Below are positions 41,986 to 47,163 of a stretch of DNA of 47,163 bases, one piece after another; positions within the stretch are counted from its first letter, which is position 1, and the number at the start of each line of letters is the position of its first letter. The DNA lies in assembly GCA_013239625.1 (NCBI GenBank), contig MU053823.1:852930-900092 (forward strand). The letters are read 5' to 3'. The notes beneath the pieces are model-generated. The model had not been told where the DNA came from. It did no database searches and worked only from the letters and a program-made list of their open reading frames with translations. Source of the DNA: Lama guanicoe (lineage: Eukaryota). Made by a program: the position numbers and the translations under genes.

Positions 41986-44900
41986 GTAGTGCGTAGTAGT
42001 CATAACAGAGAACTTGTTTAGGGCATCTTTCTCCACCCATCCCCAGAATCACAGGAATCTACAGTGTGAGATTAAATTCTGTTACCTCAGGCTGTGGCTG
42101 AGCCTGTCAGAAGTCCTCCGGGAAGCACAGTGCAGTGACGGTGACTGGTGCCACTCAGGGCTGTGAGCCGTGTACACCTGACCCCTCCTTGGTGCGCGCA
42201 TCTACTGCTCTTAAAATGCTACTTTACCGTCGGTGACCCTGTCACGAACTCAGTTGTTTACTTGCCAACTTTGCTTTATAAGCATGAATGTTCTCGGTAG
42301 AAATTCTCTGTCTAATTCACCTCTATGTCCTCAGTGCCTGGAGATTTAAAAATCCCAAACTATGTCTTCGCTGAATGAATGAATGAATGAGTGACAGTCC
42401 TCTAGGAGTTTTGCACAAATCATCTCAATGAAGAAGAAATGTTTGAGAACATTATTCAATGGATGAAGACTGATCACAATGCACGTTACATCATTCATTA
42501 CAATGATATAAATTACAGTACAGTTTAAGACATGAGCTATGAATGGTTCAATACAATACAATTCTGCAGTGAATGCAGTAGATTCCAATCTGCAGAAACA
42601 AACACAGCCCCATTGCCAGAGAAGTGCTGAGATAGCTTATTCTGAAAATTTATAGATGCTGCAAGTTTCTTTGTGTATCCAACGATGCAGAAGTCAGACC
42701 CCAACATACTGACAGGTGAAGATCGTGAAGCCTCGTGCTCTGGTCTTAATCAGATATGGCCAAGTGAGCAGGATGTTTGTATATTTATCATTTGGCACCT
42801 TTTCAATTAAAACCACACACGACTGTAACAGGAAGAGATTTCTTTTTTACAAAAATTTTAGTTCAGCACCTGCTATGTTGGATGAGACGTGCAGGAGTGG
42901 AGAGCAGAAATTATTCTGTTCTTTAGCTTAGGATAACTGCTTAATTGGTTTTATGCTACTTCAATACAATATGCTACTTCAATCTTGTAATGTATCATAT
43001 TAATCCCAGCTTACCATGAGAAAGTGGAGATTTGAGAGGTTAAATAGTCACTTTTCAGGGGAAGTTAATAATTATATATGCTTGTTTGGATGCTCACAGC
43101 TTAGTCCTGCCTGCAGAGTGAGACACTGAAAATACAGCACTTCCCTTTAACTTCAAAAAGTCTGCAAACACATTCTCTTTTCCTTCCCAACCTGGGCATG
43201 TTAGCTAAGGCTCCTGCAGGCTGCTGGCACCTGCTGAGACCCTGCTGGGGCCCAAGATTGGGTAAGGCTTATATTTATATACCTCCTTTATTCCCCAACT
43301 TTACCTCCCAGGCACTGCAACCTGAGTGCCTGATCAGGACTTTTGATGAACCAGCATAAAAGAATCTCAGAATGACATCTCTGCATGACAATATAGGACA
43401 TCCTGAGACAGATTTCGTGAAGGTCAAATTGATAGAACATATAAGTATCCGAATAATTTGTAAAGCAATTTAAAGAATTAACACAGATTTGTTAGTAGTC
43501 TTAAAAATATCAACTAATCAAATGCAAAACAAAATAATTTAATCTGATAAATGTAACCATTGTTCAGAACAAGGAAAAGTATTCATCCTATATTACATAA
43601 AGTCAGCTAGGAACAGTGTGTATATTTATAAGGATGTAAATGATACATATTATCTACCAAAATTATAACTAAATTAGGAGACTGGGAATATGGGAAAGGC
43701 TTAATTTTGCAGGCAGAAAAGCCACTGGGAGTTAGAGAAGGTGAGCCTAGAATGAAAGTCGCTAAATCCTCAATTTCCATAGTGGATAGGCAAAAAGAAA
43801 CTGATTAAGACAGAAAAAAAAAATAGTATACTAATATATTAAGGAAGATAACAGGAAATCAACAAAAAGAGTTTTTAAATGTTTGAAATGCCTGGATGGG
43901 TGTTCAGGGAATGCAGAAGTGAAGACCTGTGTTTATGACAAGAACCAATGTACAGCTTTTGACCATTTAATAAAAATCGTGTGTAAATATGATAAAAACT
44001 CAAAACAAAAAATGAAAACCAATTGATTGTGTCCTTCCAGCTCCATAATATAACTCTTATTTCTTTTAGTATCACTGACCTGAATCCATGTCACTGGCAA
44101 GGAAAAAACTAGCAACAGGTCTGAAAACTGGCTGAATCCCTGTTCTGGATTTCAAGGCATTGTTAACCTCAAGCGGACTGCCTGCGAAACATTCTCCTGG
44201 GATTCAGTAGATGGAAGATATCCAAGGGTTTTTTAATCTAAAAACATTTGTCTATATGCAAGCACATTTGATTGTCCTTTATGATTGGATTCCTGCATTC
44301 TGTTGATTCTTACTTTGTGGTTAGCTTTATTCCTTTGATAACTATGTACGTCTTAAAAGCTAAAGCTCTAAAATGTTCTTAGAAACAATGAACAGCACAT
44401 ATATGTAAATTGTATGTTTTATCTCTCAATGAGTTGCTCTTCCTAGAATAAACGTTGTTTACCAAACAAATAAATCAATAAAATTAAAAAAAATAAACAG
44501 TAAACATATTTTGTCAGCAAATAACCCTTCATCAAAATCGATAATAACAAATAAACCTGGACTGATTTATGGACTGTGGCTGACCAGACAATGGAAGTTA
44601 ATGGCATAAGTCTTCTACCAACATGACTAACAAAGTGTAAAAACTGATAAACCCCAAATGAAAATGGCTTCTTTTAATCTAAATTGTAGGACCTACATGA
44701 TTAGACTCATCTAATCATTGGCATTAGTCCTTGATAATGTAAGTGCTCATGAGCGCACATAAATGGTCAAGACTGGGTATTTTTCATGAGTTCATTTTAT
44801 TAGGATGAGGGTGTGAGTGTGCACCAAGTTTAGAGTCCTTTGTCTAAGCAAGAGTGACCCGGAGCATTTTGGGGCCTGGGCAGAGTCATGCCTTCATTGG

Positions 44901-45168
44901 CCTTTGGGGGAGGTGAGAAAACAGGTCAGTTCACTCACCTTCTATTTCCTTTGAGGACCAATCTTCTAAGACCACTTGACAAGAAACGTTAAATTATCAA
45001 CAGAGGGGAAAAGTACTTTATTCAGAATATATACTCTAAGCAGTTTCCTTATACTGCAATGATAGGTCAACACAGCTCTACTGAAATACAGGCAGTTAGA
45101 ATGTCAGAGCCCTCATCTCATATTAACACAGCATCATGGGACAGCCACGCTGGGTGTTCCAGGGACAC

Positions 45169-46547
45169 TCAGTTCAACGTCATCATACCCAGGGTCCCCC
45201 TTTTCCCACTGAACCAGCCAGATCTCCTTTCCTCAGCTGCCTCTCTAGGAAAGTTCAGAGAAGCGTCTGAAACAGTAAAGACAAGTTTGATTAGAACTGT
45301 GACAAAGGGACACTGGGCTATGCCCTGTGGCAGAAGCAAGTCAAGTAAGTGGTGATGACATAAGATCCCTGGGGACCCAGTTCCCTCAGAGAGGCTCAAA
45401 CTATTTCATATTCATTACAGAAAGGAAATATCAGGGCTCTCCTATCAGGATCCACGCTATGTGAGCTGTGGGCTCAGCTTATCTGGGAATGCCTCAATCC
45501 CAGGAGAACGAGGGTCAAACACAGGAGCTATGGGAAGACCTGTTTCCTGGCTTACACACTCAGCAAGCAGATGGCCCAAGAATGGTGGCACACATAAAAA
45601 GGAATCTGAAATTTTCTTATTTCCCAAACTGACAGATCTGAAGTCATAATGAGAGGGAGACAAAAGTCTAGAAAAATGTCAGTTCCTCACTGACAATCCA
45701 AATGTGCTCTTGGTTGCCTTCACCTGTGTTTGCAAATGCCCATGAATACAATCATAATGTGCATCAACCGTTGTCCCCTCCCCAAGAATAACACGGGACC
45801 TCAGATGGAGAAATACTTTGTTCTGGAGAATGAGTGCATTTTCCTGACCACTGACATGTCTGGAGCTGATTCGCCCTTAGCTGTCACAAATTCTAAGTCT
45901 ATGATCCACCACCATGTCTTTAATCTTTAAGGCCTCCATACAGCACAGACGTTGTGCAGAGTAGTGCTAACATGTGTTCACAGTGCATCTGAAATGATCA
46001 AAATCCCTCACAAATCCCAATTCTGCAATACGCTTTCTAAATCTCTCACTACCTGGCATGTATGAGACAGCACAGAGATGTTATCACAACAGTTACTCCC
46101 CTTTAATAATTGGGTAAATATGCTCAATAAATCTACAAGTCTTAAGGCAGGCACATCAAGGATAAAGTGACAAATTTATGCCACTCCTTATGGAGACATA
46201 AATGCCAAGAATAAAGACTGATTCCTCCCTCCCAAGGACCCTGACGTCATTACAGAGAGGCGTATGTTCGAGGTGATGCTATCAAACGTAGGACCTCATG
46301 CAAATTTGGAATCTCCAGGAAGGATGGGCATTGAGGAGCTCAGATTCACCCTTTCCCGGACACAGAGCAAACACTACAGGAGATCAGCTGACCCACTCAC
46401 CTGTCTGCGAGGCCCTCATCCCAGTCTCCTCCTCTGGGGGCACCTCCCCCTCGCTCATCCGAGAGGCAGGGGGAGCCTCAGGCAGTGGTACCTCTTCAGC
46501 ATCATCATAACCCTCACCAGGGGCCTCGGTCCTCTGATCCGGGGGCT
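45169..46547 (-). CDS. WC1: Gene C: third WC1 paralog, last two coding exons (46401-46547 intact; 45169-45266 frameshifted); truncated-tail variant or pseudogene
   Basis: 46401-46547 encodes EPPDQRTEAPGEGYDDAEEVPLPE...RASQT; last exon has a net 13 nt deletion versus gene B giving DASLNFPREAAEERRSGWFSGKRGTLGMMTLN*. Confidence 0.8.
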
Positions 46548-46705
46548 CTAAGGGCAGACAAGGGGGTCAAGGGAAACCACCATAAATGGGTTGTCCTGGG
46601 AAACACCTGAAATCTCTTCTGAACCAGAGTTTCTGAACTGCTCCATGGAGGCACAAATCACTCCTTGTCTCAGCAGGTTTTCTAAGGCCATATTTTATTT
46701 TGAAG

Positions 46706-47068
46706 TGTCCATGAAACAAAAAGTTATACCATTAGCTCAATACTTCTTATTAAAACTACAGATCTCAAAGAAATTCTTATGCCAATGAGCATTACTAAAA
46801 TCTTTTGATGAATTATGCTTTCATGCTGTTATTTCTCAAAACAACATATGCAGGCTGTGACTGAGTGAGGGTGATTCTGGACACAGAGATGTCCATGAAA
46901 AGTTATACCATTAGCTCAATACTTCTTATTAAAACTACAGATCTCAAAGAAATTCTTATGCCAATGAGCATTACTAAAATCTTTTGATGAATTATGCTTT
47001 CATGCTGTTATTTCTCAAAACAACATATGCAGGCTGTGACTGAGTGAGGGTGATTCTGGACACAGAGA
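46706..47068. repeat. Tandem duplication of about 180 bp (46706-46889 and 46890-47068)
   Basis: Copies read identical apart from a 5 bp indel near the start; single copy in gene B. Confidence 0.92.
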
Positions 47069-47163
47069 GCCCAGCCCCAACGTGAGGCATCGCACAACAG
47101 CCCCAGAATGGGGGGCGTGGACCCCTCAGGAGACAACACAGCTCCCCCTAATCCGACTCAGAA

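Larger units (their letters stand above)
44752..47136. repeat. Direct segmental duplication, copy 2
   Basis: Matches 9655-11870 with indels. Confidence 0.92.

Noticed and set aside
43380..44500. Possible processed pseudogene ending in AATAAA plus A-rich tract near 44448-44497
   Set aside because: No recognisable ORF, parent gene or TSD; cannot be supported without a search.

Overview
Mammalian genomic DNA, very probably a camelid (camel/alpaca/llama) judging from a Vic-1-type tRNA-derived SINE and a camelid-type L1 3' end. The window lies inside a WC1 (CD163-family, group B SRCR, gamma-delta T-cell co-receptor) gene cluster. It holds: (1) the last 8 coding exons of a + strand WC1-like gene (gene A, 3002-7368) with a divergent cytoplasmic tail; (2) a complete - strand WC1 gene (gene B, ATG 33964 to stop 10036; 15 coding exons; about 912 aa; signal peptide, six SRCR domains a1-b-c-d-e-d', TM, tyrosine-motif tail) lying tail-to-tail with gene A; (3) the last two exons of a third - strand WC1 paralog (gene C, 45169-46547) whose terminal exon is frameshifted. 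The rest is intron/intergenic DNA with L1, L2, MIR, MaLR/ERV LTRs, MER5A and microsatellites. Most notable: an about 255 bp perfectly identical inverted repeat on the membrane-proximal SRCR d' exon of genes A and B brackets their two different TM/tail modules (gene conversion, possible tail-swapping inversion); an acceptor lost and apparently rescued in frame in gene B; loss of the terminal YDDV motif in gene C; patchy identity between B and C; and an octamer/CCAAT-rich solo LTR upstream of gene B. No wholly new system is demonstrable from sequence alone. Exon boundaries and identities were read by eye, and repeat family names are from recognition, not a database search.
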